A DNA stretch of 64,000 nucleotides from Desulfobacterales bacterium (GCA_963674755.2 CAXXVS010000002.1:96001-160000), one strand, 5' to 3'; shown: positions 55,617 to 64,000, numbered from the stretch's first letter. A program made the numbers and translations. Notes: generated by a model from the letters alone, not told the origin.

Positions 55617-56731
55617 TTAACCCGGCAATAATAGTTACCAATTATGCTGCGTAAGCAATCTTAGGATGTTTAAAGTATTTTGCAACGCGCCTTGGCAATT
55701 TTTGTAGCATGCGAAGGTGGCTTAGCGCCTTGCTCTTTAATTGGGATTTTGACCTGGCTGGCGCACCGGAATGAACCCCGGCCTTCAAATCACAGTTCAA
55801 ATATTCATCTGGATTCAATTCGGGCGAATACGAGGGCAAAAAGAACAGTTCGATTTTGTCTTTATGCTGATCGATCCAGTCTTTGACAATATGACTATGA
55901 TGAACTCGCAGATTGTCCAAAATCAAAAATACCTTTTTGTCGGCATCTTTTATCAATCGTTTGCAAAATTTGATAAAGGTCTGCGAGTTCATTGTCTGAT
56001 TGTAGATCATGAAACGGACTTTACCCTGATTGGTAATCGAAGAGATCAGGTTGACCCTTTCCTTTTTTGCATTGAGCCGTATGGCAGGCGTTTTTCCTCT
56101 TGGCGCATAGCTTCTGCCATGCTGACTGTCGCTGCAAAGCCCGGTCTCATCCCCCCAATTGATCTCAGCGTCTTCTTTCTTGGCCCTGACTGCAATGGCG
56201 GGATACTCTTCGTCAAGCCATTTTTGAACCAATTTTGGGTTCTGTTCATAGGCTCTGCGCAAAGGCTTTTGGGGGGTAAAGCCCCAGCGGTTGAGGTACT
56301 CACCTACGGTGCGAATCGGCATATTGATGGAAAAAAGCTGCGTGATCAACTGCTGGACAGCCCGACGGGTCCAAAGGGCAAATGGGAACTTGAGTTGATC
56401 AGGGGTTTTATCGGTAATTACCTTTTTCAGCTGCTTTTCCTGCTCTGGATCAAGCGTTCGGCAACTACCGGTTTTGCGCCCCCGTTTCTTTGCCTTAATC
56501 GCATTTTGACCGCCTTTTTCGTAGGCTTTAAATATCTTGCACGCATTAGTGTAGTGAATGCCAACAACCTCACCGATCTCTTTGTAAGTTTTGCCAGCTT
56601 TGCGAAGCCTTACAACTTGTCGGCGCAGTTGCTCTTGAACCTCTGGTTTAAGCTTTCTGGTGTCTGTTGTTTCCATGCGAAGTACTATACCATACTTCGC
56701 AGTATTTTGGTATGAATAATCGCCGGGTTAA
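55617..56731 (-). mobile_element. IS630-family insertion sequence, apparently intact
   Basis: Terminal IRs TTAACCCGGC(AATAAT)/(ATAATC)GCCGGGTTAA, TA on both flanks (55615-16, 56732-33), one uninterrupted transposase ORF, lower GC. Confidence 0.93.
55642..56676 (-). CDS. IS630 transposase
   Basis: HTH region, WGFTPQKP, WGDET, ILDNL, LPSYSPELNPDE (DDE triad). Confidence 0.96.
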   Translation of the reverse strand: METTDTRKLKPEVQEQLRRQVVRLRKAGKTYKEIGEVVGIHYTNACKIFKAYEKGGQNAIKAKKRGRKTGSCRTLDPEQEKQLKKVITDKTPDQLKFPFALWTRRAVQQLITQLFSINMPIRTVGEYLNRWGFTPQKPLRRAYEQNPKLVQKWLDEEYPAIAVRAKKEDAEINWGDETGLCSDSQHGRSYAPRGKTPAIRLNAKKERVNLISSITNQGKVRFMIYNQTMNSQTFIKFCKRLIKDADKKVFLILDNLRVHHSHIVKDWIDQHKDKIELFFLPSYSPELNPDEYLNCDLKAGVHSGAPARSKSQLKSKALSHLRMLQKLPRRVAKYFKHPKIAYAA

Positions 56732-56773
56732 TAGCTTTGCGATGACGAAAGATAGTGATGGAGAAGGAAGCGT

Positions 56774-57463
56774 ATGCCGCTAAAAATGAGCCGACGCCTT
56801 GAAATCAAGCCGGCTAGCCTGGCTTACCAAGTGAGCGATTTACTCACCCAGGCCATCCTTGAAGGCGATTTCAAAGGCGGCGATCAGTTGGTTGAATTGG
56901 AGCTTCAAAATCAGTTCGGCATCAGCCGCTCTCCGTTGCGTGAGGCGTTTCGCGAGCTTGAGAAGAAAGGACTTGTGGAAATTATCCCCAGGAGGGGGAC
57001 ATTTGTTAAGAGCATTACGCGCAAGGACGTCATGGATAATTTTCCAGTCCGCGCCGAATTGGAGGGATTAGCTGCCCGTTTGGCCGCCATGAATATGACT
57101 GAAACGGCGATAGGAGAAATGGAAGGCCTACTTGGAAAGATGGAAGAAGCCGTCATGAGGGAAGATACAAAGGCTTATTACGAACACCATTTGGCGTTCC
57201 ATGAGGCCTTTATCGAATGTTCAGGCAATGAGTTATTGATCAATCTACTCAAAAACCTGAGGATGCAAAGTCTTTGGCATCGTTTTTCTTTTCAATATTA
57301 TCAGGAAGATCTTAGAAACGCCTTTGAGATTCACAAAGAGATTTTTAGACTTTTCAAGCAGTCCCCGCCGAATCCGGAAGCATTGGACCAACTTGTAGCA
57401 AAGCATATTTACGTCGCACTTGATCGGTTTATGGCCTATTTAGAGAATTTCGATCATATATGA
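56774..57463 (+). CDS. GntR-family regulator (paralog 1)
   Basis: FGISRSPLREAFRELEK HTH and FCD domain. Confidence 0.92.
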   Translation: MPLKMSRRLEIKPASLAYQVSDLLTQAILEGDFKGGDQLVELELQNQFGISRSPLREAFRELEKKGLVEIIPRRGTFVKSITRKDVMDNFPVRAELEGLAARLAAMNMTETAIGEMEGLLGKMEEAVMREDTKAYYEHHLAFHEAFIECSGNELLINLLKNLRMQSLWHRFSFQYYQEDLRNAFEIHKEIFRLFKQSPPNPEALDQLVAKHIYVALDRFMAYLENFDHI

Positions 57464-57832
57464 TGCGGTTGTATTTTTTAAGAATTCTTGAGCCGGAGTT
57501 TGATGTTTAAAGCGCATACATTTCCGTGTTTATAGGCTGAATGGCCCGTTTTCCGGTCAGACCTTGGATAAACTGGCGTCCCAGGCTCCTTTGGGGCGTT
57601 TCTTGCCTGCGAGGCATTCCTTACCGGATCAAATGGACTATAGTGAGCCCCAGACTCCTGAAAATCTTCCATGGAAACGGATACCCTTTCTACTGCAGGT
57701 GGCACTTTATCTTGCGCCCCGTCGTATACGGCCTGCTGCACGTTCCCTATCGGTGTTGAGGTTGCCGCCTCAGGACGCTGAATCGCCATCGTCCATATAA
57801 CCCGATCTATCCCATTCCTTTCAATGCTTGTT

Positions 57833-58032
57833 AGCGCCTTTCCGGAAATGGCATCTTGCGGTCTCTGGCCCGCCGCCGGTGGACCGGATCCCCGAAAGGG
57901 GATCAATCCACCTTTGGCAGACAAGTCGGCGTTCGCGCCTTCTGTCGGTCCTCGGCGTAGCCGGGCTACGCCTGTGGGCACCAATCGGCGGCCTTGCCAG
58001 AAAGCAGAATCTACCACTTCTTGATGGGCACT
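57833..58032 (+). repeat. palindromic element family 1, copy G
   Basis: Body nearly identical to copy A (GCCTTCTGTCGGTCCTCGGCGTAGCCGGGCTACGCCTGTGGGC), degenerate TIR, extra hairpin GATCCCCGAAAGGGGATC. Confidence 0.85.
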
Positions 58033-58146
58033 TGTTAACCCCATGCAGTAGTTCCCTTCAGTCCGAAATAAGCATAATATCAATCTGTTAAAAAAAATTG
58101 AGCAGTTAGGCAAAGGGCCAAAAAAAGAATCAGACAAATTTAATGC

Positions 58147-58190
58147 TTGACATTCATTTGTCTACAATATAATTGTCGACAATCGACAAC
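58147..58190 (+). promoter_or_regulatory. promoter with repeated TTGTC(T/G)ACAA palindromes, candidate GntR operators
   Basis: TTGACA at 58147, TTGTCTACAA at 58158, TATAAT at 58168, TTGTCGACAA at 58173, further half-site TCGACAA. Confidence 0.6.
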
Positions 58191-58214
58191 AGGAAAATTT
58201 GTAAGGAGGACTCC

Positions 58215-59405
58215 GTGCGATTACTCGAATTTGAAGCCAAATCTGTCTTGAAGCGATTTGGCATCACAACGCCGGCAGGGTTTGTAATCTCAAAGGGTGA
58301 AACGCCTACTGATGAAATCTCAGGACCGGCAATGCTCAAGGCCCAAATTCCGATTGGCGGACGAGGCAAAACTGGCGGCGTGCTGGATGCCGAGGAAGGT
58401 TCCGGATTTCTCCGGCAAATTGACTCCCTTTTTAAGACCAAGATCAGGGGCTACCACCCCAAAAAATTGCTTGTCGAGGAAAAAGCCGAGGTGGCGCAAG
58501 AGTTTTTCATGGCGATCACCTACGACACGGTTTCCAAAGGTCCAATTGCCATTTTCTCGAGCGAGGGCGGGGTGGATATCGAAGAATTAGCCCAAAGCGA
58601 GCCGGAAAAAATTTGCAAGGAACATTTTTCCTTTCGGGACGGGTTGCCCGAATGCCTGGCCCGACAGATTGTTGCCGAAACCGGCATTTCCGGCAAATTG
58701 CTGCTGGGCGTCGGATCGGTGCTGGCCAAGCTGGCCCGAGCCTTTATCGAAACGGATGCCACGATCGCAGAGATAAACCCGCTTGCTGTGACGAATTCCG
58801 GGCAATTGATTGCCTTGGACTGTCATCTGGATATCGACGACGACGCATTGTTCAGACAACAGGAAATGACAGTGATTGAAAAAGACGATTCGCGGATCGA
58901 ATCGTCCCGGAGTCAGTCTGATTTCGAGCGCAAGGCAGCCGAAATTGACAATCTCGACCATCGCGGCGTAGCCGGTCGCGTGATCGAGTTCGACGGAAGT
59001 CTAGGGCTCATCATCGGTGGGGGAGGCGCTTCGTTGACGGCCTTTGACGCGGTTCGCGCCCATGGCGGCAAACCGGCTAACTATTGTGAAATCGGCGGCA
59101 ATCCTTCGGTGCGCAAGGTGCAGGAATTGACACGGCATATCCTCTCTAAACCCGGTGTTGATCAAGTGGCTGTCATTATGAATGTGGTCAGCAATACCCG
59201 GGTCGATCTGGTGGCACGTGGGATTGTTAAGGGAATTCTGGAATCCGGGAAAGATCCTTCGAAAACCGTGGCTGTGTTCAGGATACCCGGCGCCTGGGAG
59301 GACGAAGGGTTCAAAATTTTGGCGAAGTATGGCGTCCGCTACTGCGACCGCAAGGTTTCCATTGATGAAGCCGCAGGAATGGCCGTAGCGAACGTGGCAA
59401 GATAA
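58215..59405 (+). CDS. ADP-forming acyl-CoA ligase beta subunit (SucC-like ATP-grasp)
   Basis: LLEFEAK, KAQIPIGGRGKTGG, EGGVDIE, EINPL, DDDALFR; C-domain GGGGAS and ANYCEIGGNP; GTG start with AGGAGG. Confidence 0.88.
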   Translation: MRLLEFEAKSVLKRFGITTPAGFVISKGETPTDEISGPAMLKAQIPIGGRGKTGGVLDAEEGSGFLRQIDSLFKTKIRGYHPKKLLVEEKAEVAQEFFMAITYDTVSKGPIAIFSSEGGVDIEELAQSEPEKICKEHFSFRDGLPECLARQIVAETGISGKLLLGVGSVLAKLARAFIETDATIAEINPLAVTNSGQLIALDCHLDIDDDALFRQQEMTVIEKDDSRIESSRSQSDFERKAAEIDNLDHRGVAGRVIEFDGSLGLIIGGGGASLTAFDAVRAHGGKPANYCEIGGNPSVRKVQELTRHILSKPGVDQVAVIMNVVSNTRVDLVARGIVKGILESGKDPSKTVAVFRIPGAWEDEGFKILAKYGVRYCDRKVSIDEAAGMAVANVAR

Positions 59406-59426
59406 TCAGTCAAAAGGGGATGCACG

Positions 59427-60320
59427 ATGTCGATACTGGCCAACGCAAAAACACGGGTCATCGTCCAAGGCATCACAGGACGGGAGGCCTCTTCGTTTAC
59501 CAAGGACATGATGGATTACGGCACCAACGTGGTGGCCGGTGTAACGCCTGGTAAGAAAGGCCAGACGGTTTATGGGGTGCCGGTTTTCGATACGGTGCGC
59601 CAAGCCTTACAAGTGCATCCGGCCGATGCATCGGTTATTTCGGTGCCGCCGGGGCTTGTCAAGGGCGCAGCCTGGGAAGCGCTTTATAACGGTATCCAAT
59701 TGCTGGTGATTGTTTCCGAGCGGGTGCCGCGCAGAGACACCATCGAGATTCTTGAAATGGCGAAGGAAAAAGGCGCAAGGGTTATCGGTCCGAATACGCT
59801 TGGACTGATTTCGCCAGGCCTTATCAAGTTGGGAATGGCGGGAGGGCCTGTGGAAGACGTCAGCAAAGCCTATATGCCGGGGCCCGTAGGTGTGGCGTCT
59901 AGAAGCGGCGGAATGACGACCGAGGTGGCCAACCTGCTGACAACCAATGGGATCGGGCAGAGTACCTGCATCGGTATTGGCGGGGATCCGGTGGTGGGAT
60001 CGAATTTTCTGGATTTGATCCCTCTCTTCAACCAGGACCCTGAAACCAAAGCCGTGGTGCTGTTCAGCGAACCGGGCGGCGTTATCGAGGAGCATCTGGC
60101 CGACTACGTCACCCAAAACAAAATCGCACTTCCTATCATCGCCTTCATTGCAGGTCGGTTCGTGGACGACATGCCGGGGGTTCGCTTCGGACACGCAGCC
60201 ACCATCGTGGAGGGGGATCGGGGCAGCGCGCGGGGCAAAATCGCCCGGCTTCGGGAGGCCGGTATTCATGTGGCCGAATCCTTTTCGGAAATTGCTCGAA
60301 TTGCAGGGGAATACATTTAG
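59427..60320 (+). CDS. acyl-CoA ligase alpha subunit (SucD-like)
   Basis: VQGITG, GVTPGK, IGPNTLG, SRSGGM, GIGGD, RFGHA (phospho-His). Confidence 0.9.
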   Translation: MSILANAKTRVIVQGITGREASSFTKDMMDYGTNVVAGVTPGKKGQTVYGVPVFDTVRQALQVHPADASVISVPPGLVKGAAWEALYNGIQLLVIVSERVPRRDTIEILEMAKEKGARVIGPNTLGLISPGLIKLGMAGGPVEDVSKAYMPGPVGVASRSGGMTTEVANLLTTNGIGQSTCIGIGGDPVVGSNFLDLIPLFNQDPETKAVVLFSEPGGVIEEHLADYVTQNKIALPIIAFIAGRFVDDMPGVRFGHAATIVEGDRGSARGKIARLREAGIHVAESFSEIARIAGEYI

Positions 60321-60333
60321 GAAAGGGGGCATC

Positions 60334-60924
60334 ATGAATCTTAATGACATTGAGAAAAACATCTGGGAGCAGGTGTCCTCGGATCTGGCAGAGGAACGCG
60401 TGGCCAGCCCGGACCATGTGGAACGGATGACAACATGGTGCCAGACATTAGGCCTTGCGGAAGGAGCAGACATGGCAAGCCTGGTCGCCGGGGCACTGGT
60501 CCATGATATCGGCGTACTGTACGACCGCAAGAACCATTACATCGCTGGCAAGCCCGTGGCGGCAAGCATTTTAAAGGAAGCGGGATTGCAGGAAGATAAG
60601 ATCGAACCGGCTCTGCACGTGCTTGAATCGCACAGCCGCTATGGGGGGCCGGCCCCCGAGTCGGTGGAGGCGCGGGTGGGCCAGGACGCGGATGCGCTGG
60701 AGTACATCGGTGCCATCGGCATCATCAGGGCCGTCATCCGGGGGCTTACCGACGGATCCTACAATGCGCGTATCTGTGATTTTCCGGATTACCTGAGGAA
60801 TCTGCTCGGTAAAGTCGAGGGCACGTTTCATACTGAAGCAGCCCGCAAGCTTGGAACAGAGCGCATCGAATACATGCGTCAGTTTCTGAAACGCATCAAA
60901 ATGGAACTCGATGGCGAGGTTTGA
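60334..60924 (+). CDS. HD-domain protein
   Basis: DHVER, LVHDIG, SHS, QDADALE..GAIG. Confidence 0.85.
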   Translation: MNLNDIEKNIWEQVSSDLAEERVASPDHVERMTTWCQTLGLAEGADMASLVAGALVHDIGVLYDRKNHYIAGKPVAASILKEAGLQEDKIEPALHVLESHSRYGGPAPESVEARVGQDADALEYIGAIGIIRAVIRGLTDGSYNARICDFPDYLRNLLGKVEGTFHTEAARKLGTERIEYMRQFLKRIKMELDGEV

Positions 60925-61818
60925 ATGAAAGCATTCGGACTCAACAGATCGGCCTTGTTTGTGCCTGGCAACCGTCCTGAGCGTGTCGACAAGGCCGTAG
61001 CCACGGCTGCCGACCTAGTGATCATTGACCTGGAAGATGCCGTGCCGGTGTCGGAAAAAGTGACCGTGCGCCCAGTGGTTAAAGAAAAACTCGCCCGGCA
61101 TCGGAAGCGTCGATTGATGGTGCGTGTAAACGCTCTCGATACCGGCCTGACAGGAGACGATTTAGCCGGCGTTTTAGGGCCCGGACTGGACATGATTATG
61201 CTGCCCAAGGTGCAAAGTGCCGAGGACGTGAAACGCATGGCCGAGCTCATGCTCGCGGCCGAAAAGGCCGCCGGCTTGGAATCCGGGGCGGTGGGCCTGG
61301 TGGCGCTGATCGAAACGGCCCTGGGCGTGGAAAACGCTTTTGTGATTGCGGCTACGCAGACCGATCCGCCGCGGCTTTACACCCTGGCTTTCGGCGCTGC
61401 AGATTTCAGCCTGGACATGGGGCTTCGGATTTCGAAAACCGGCGAGGAACTGGCGTTTGCGCGCGCCCGGATCGCGTTGGGATGCCGGGCGGCCGGCATT
61501 GATCCGCCTTTGGACACGCCGTTTATGATCGATTTGAAGGACCGGGAGGCGTTTGAAGAAGACGTAAAGCGGGGCCAGCGTCTGGGCTTCGGCGGCAAAC
61601 TCTGCATCCATCCCAATCAAGTGGCGTTCTGCAATCAGCTATTTGTTCCCTCGGAGAAGGAGATTGCCTTTGCCGCCCAAGTGATCACAGCGTTTGAAGC
61701 TGCCGAAGCCAGCGGGCAGGCCGCCATCCAGGTGGACGGCAAATTCATCGACTATCCGGTGGTCGCCCAGTCAAGAAGAATTTTGGAAATCGCGGACCGG
61801 ATCGGCGCGGTGGCATAA
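60925..61818 (+). CDS. CitE/HpcH-family CoA-ester lyase (citryl/malyl/citramalyl-CoA lyase type)
   Basis: RSALFVPG, DLEDAV, VRVN, LPKV, LIETA, FGAADF, GKLCIHPNQ, DGKFID.PV. Confidence 0.92.
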   Translation: MKAFGLNRSALFVPGNRPERVDKAVATAADLVIIDLEDAVPVSEKVTVRPVVKEKLARHRKRRLMVRVNALDTGLTGDDLAGVLGPGLDMIMLPKVQSAEDVKRMAELMLAAEKAAGLESGAVGLVALIETALGVENAFVIAATQTDPPRLYTLAFGAADFSLDMGLRISKTGEELAFARARIALGCRAAGIDPPLDTPFMIDLKDREAFEEDVKRGQRLGFGGKLCIHPNQVAFCNQLFVPSEKEIAFAAQVITAFEAAEASGQAAIQVDGKFIDYPVVAQSRRILEIADRIGAVA

Positions 61819-61846
61819 ACCGAGAACAGATAGAGAGGCCATAACG

Positions 61847-62065
61847 ATGGGTGAATTCGTGCGGGTCGTCATCGACCAGGAGAAATGCGGCAACCCTGAT
61901 GAGGTCAAGGCATGGATCGGGGTTTGCCCGGTGGGGATCTTTGAGATGAAAGACAGGCGGCCTTCCGTAGTGGAGGAAAACGAAGACGAGTGCACGCTTT
62001 GCGGCCTTTGCCTGGAAGCCTGCCCGAAGGGGGCCGTGACCATCGAAAAACTTTACGAACCCTAA
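61847..62065 (+). CDS. ferredoxin (72 aa)
   Basis: CTLCGLCLEACP, plus a degenerate first motif C-x12-CP; GAGG RBS. Confidence 0.85.
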   Translation: MGEFVRVVIDQEKCGNPDEVKAWIGVCPVGIFEMKDRRPSVVEENEDECTLCGLCLEACPKGAVTIEKLYEP

Positions 62066-62078
62066 TGGGATGACCGGT

Positions 62079-62768
62079 ATGGCATTGCGAAACGATCGAA
62101 TTCTGGAATTGAAACCAGTGGGGTTGGCCTATCAGGTGGCCGCCGTCCTCTCCGATGCCATTCTGGAAGGTGATTTTAAAGGTGGCGACCAATTGGTCGA
62201 AATGGACCTCCAATCATGTTTCGGCATAAGCCGTTCACCCCTGCGCGAGGCTTTCCGGGAACTGGAAAAACAGGGGCTGGTTGTCATCGTTCCCCGCAAA
62301 GGAACCTATGTCAAGCGAATCACGCGCAAAGATATAGAAGACTATTTCCCGGTTCGTGCGGAACTCGAGGGGCTAGCCGCACGAATGGCAGCCGGGCGCA
62401 TGACCGCTGCCGTTCTGAATGAGATGGAAGAACTGCTCGGCATGATGCAGGTGGCGGTTAGAGAGGGCGACACAAAAGCCTACTACTCGCACCACCTCGG
62501 ATTCCATGAGGCGTTTCTTGAACTGGCCGGCAATGAACTGCTTTTGGGTCTGTTGAAAAATCTCCGGACTCAGAACATGTGGCATCGCTTTTCCTACCAG
62601 TATTACCAGGAAGATCTGGGAAAATCGTTCACGCCGCATCGTCGGGTTCTGGATTTGTTCAAGGCTTCGCCACCGCAGCCGGAAGCTGTAGGAAAAGAGG
62701 TGACCGCGCACATCAACGTGGCGCTGAACCGGTTTCTTGCATATCTCGACGATTTTGAACAGGGATAG
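62079..62768 (+). CDS. GntR-family regulator (paralog 2)
   Basis: Colinear with 56774-57463; identical FGISRSPLREAFRELEK. Confidence 0.92.
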   Translation: MALRNDRILELKPVGLAYQVAAVLSDAILEGDFKGGDQLVEMDLQSCFGISRSPLREAFRELEKQGLVVIVPRKGTYVKRITRKDIEDYFPVRAELEGLAARMAAGRMTAAVLNEMEELLGMMQVAVREGDTKAYYSHHLGFHEAFLELAGNELLLGLLKNLRTQNMWHRFSYQYYQEDLGKSFTPHRRVLDLFKASPPQPEAVGKEVTAHINVALNRFLAYLDDFEQG

Positions 62769-62839
62769 CGTTGCTTTCGGACGACCGGTGCCCTGAAACG
62801 ATCAACGTTCATTTTTTGCAACCAAGCAGGAGGAAATCC

Positions 62840-63661
62840 ATGACAACATCAGTTCCCGCCGCAAAAGGGGCGGGCGGCCGGATTCAACCGATAATTGCAT
62901 TTTTCCAGACCCAGTCGCAGATCCGGGGATGGCCGTTTCTGGCGGCCTGGGCGCACCGGATCAGCGGGGTACTTCTGGTTTTGTATGTCTGGTTTCACAT
63001 CGCTACCCTGTCGGCCCTGAGCGATCCGGCGCGTTTCGATGCCAAGATGAACGTCTTTGGGTTTGTACTGTTCGTTTTCCTTGAATGGCTTCTGGCCCTG
63101 CCCGTGGTCTACCATACTTTGAATGGCGGGCGTTTGATCCTCTATGAGATCTTCGGAAACCGGCGGGACGAAATCATGCTCCGATGGGTGATTGCCCTGG
63201 GCGTCCTTTATACGCTGTTGTTGGCCCTTTTCATGGTGATCGGTAACCAGGCCATCTCGGCTCCCTTCTTCTGGGTTTACACGGCGGCCGCATCCGGGTG
63301 TGTTGCATACATCGCCATCGCCAAGCTGCGTTTCTCCGGCGCCTCGTTGTTTTGGAAACTTCAGCGCATTTCCGGCGCCTTTCTTCTCCTGATGGTACCG
63401 GCCCACATGCTCTTCATGCATCTCAATCCGGCTGTGGGTCACGAAGCCCAGATCATTATCGCACGGATGGGCAATCTCTTCATCAAGCTGGTGGACGTGG
63501 CCCTGGTGATCGGCGTGCTTTACCACGGGGCTTACGGCCTTTACGCCATCGGTCAGGATTATCTCGCGTCGTCGAAAGCCAGGACCGGCCTGGTGGTGCT
63601 TTTGGGTAGCGTGACACTGGTATTCGCCTGGATAGGCCTGAAGCTGATTGTGTTGATCTAA
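62840..63661 (+). CDS. succinate dehydrogenase/fumarate reductase-like membrane anchor, SdhC-SdhD fusion
   Basis: HRISG..FH..YHTLNG.R (SdhC-like), then LQRISG..AH..YHG.YG...QDY (SdhD-like); AGGAGG RBS. Confidence 0.85.
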   Translation: MTTSVPAAKGAGGRIQPIIAFFQTQSQIRGWPFLAAWAHRISGVLLVLYVWFHIATLSALSDPARFDAKMNVFGFVLFVFLEWLLALPVVYHTLNGGRLILYEIFGNRRDEIMLRWVIALGVLYTLLLALFMVIGNQAISAPFFWVYTAAASGCVAYIAIAKLRFSGASLFWKLQRISGAFLLLMVPAHMLFMHLNPAVGHEAQIIIARMGNLFIKLVDVALVIGVLYHGAYGLYAIGQDYLASSKARTGLVVLLGSVTLVFAWIGLKLIVLI

Positions 63662-63673
63662 GAAGGAGCGGCC

Positions 63674-64000
63674 ATGGAAACAAATCTAAAAACCGTTGCG
63701 ACCATCAACTGCGATGCGCTGATCATCGGTGCCGGCGGTGCCGGGATGCGATGCGCCGCGGAGATTCTGGAGCAGAAGCCGGGAGCCCGGGTGATCGCTC
63801 TGACCAAGGTGTCTCATCCGCAGAAATCTCATACGTCTACGGCCCAGGGCGGTCTGGCGGCTGTGGATCCCCGCGATCCCAACGATGCCACCATATTTCA
63901 TATGTTCGATACCTGGAAAGGGTCGGACTGCACTGCCGATCAGAATGTGGTCAAACAAATCTGTGAGTCTGCCTGGGAACAGATTATGTGGCTCGAAAAT
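63674..64000 (+). CDS. SdhA/FrdA-family flavoprotein, N-terminal part; runs off the window edge
   Basis: Not in the ORF track. Manual translation: METNLKTVATINCDALIIGAGGAGMRCA..KSHTSTAQGG (covalent FAD His motif)..HMFDTWKGSD. Confidence 0.92.
   Translation, partial: METNLKTVATINCDALIIGAGGAGMRCAAEILEQKPGARVIALTKVSHPQKSHTSTAQGGLAAVDPRDPNDATIFHMFDTWKGSDCTADQNVVKQICESAWEQIMWLEN

Noticed and set aside
57478..57830. Possible small gene or remnant between gntR and element G
   Set aside because: No frame gives a recognisable protein.
58215..60320. Assigning the symbols sucC and sucD
   Set aside because: The substrate-loop motifs deviate from succinyl-CoA synthetase and the context suggests another substrate.

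Overview
GC-rich bacterial DNA whose gene content and repeats suggest an anaerobic Desulfobacterota (Desulfobacterales-like) genome; the taxon is inferred. It is a dense catabolic and bioenergetic region with no rRNA, tRNA or CRISPR array recognised. From left to right: (1) a TAXI-TRAP / FadR / FAD-FeS dehydrogenase / GGT-family unit with a divergent LarA-family gene; (2) a sodium:solute symporter pseudogene, a TrmB regulator and a class III aminotransferase; (3) a GntR-led operon joining a 2-oxoacid:ferredoxin oxidoreductase to non-decarboxylating glutaryl-CoA dehydrogenase and Na+-pumping glutaconyl-CoA decarboxylase; (4) a ~25 kb hexuronate island (TRAP, uxaE, uxuB, LarA-family epimerase, uxaC, gntK, gnd; ROK, kdgF, IclR, eda, kdgK, TRAP, kduI, kduD; three Gfo/Idh/MocA genes, yiaK); (5) an Fo-only ATP synthase operon with a normal Na+-type c subunit plus a 327-aa c subunit of four tandem hairpins, only the first keeping the ion-binding glutamate (the most striking feature); (6) an amidase, an intact IS630, and an operon for a CoA ligase with ATP-citrate-lyase-like motifs, a CitE-family lyase and a succinate-dehydrogenase-like complex. 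The intergenic spaces carry about ten copies of a ~145-215 bp palindromic element with conserved architecture but copy-specific terminal arms, a second dispersed repeat family, and inverted octamer arrays.
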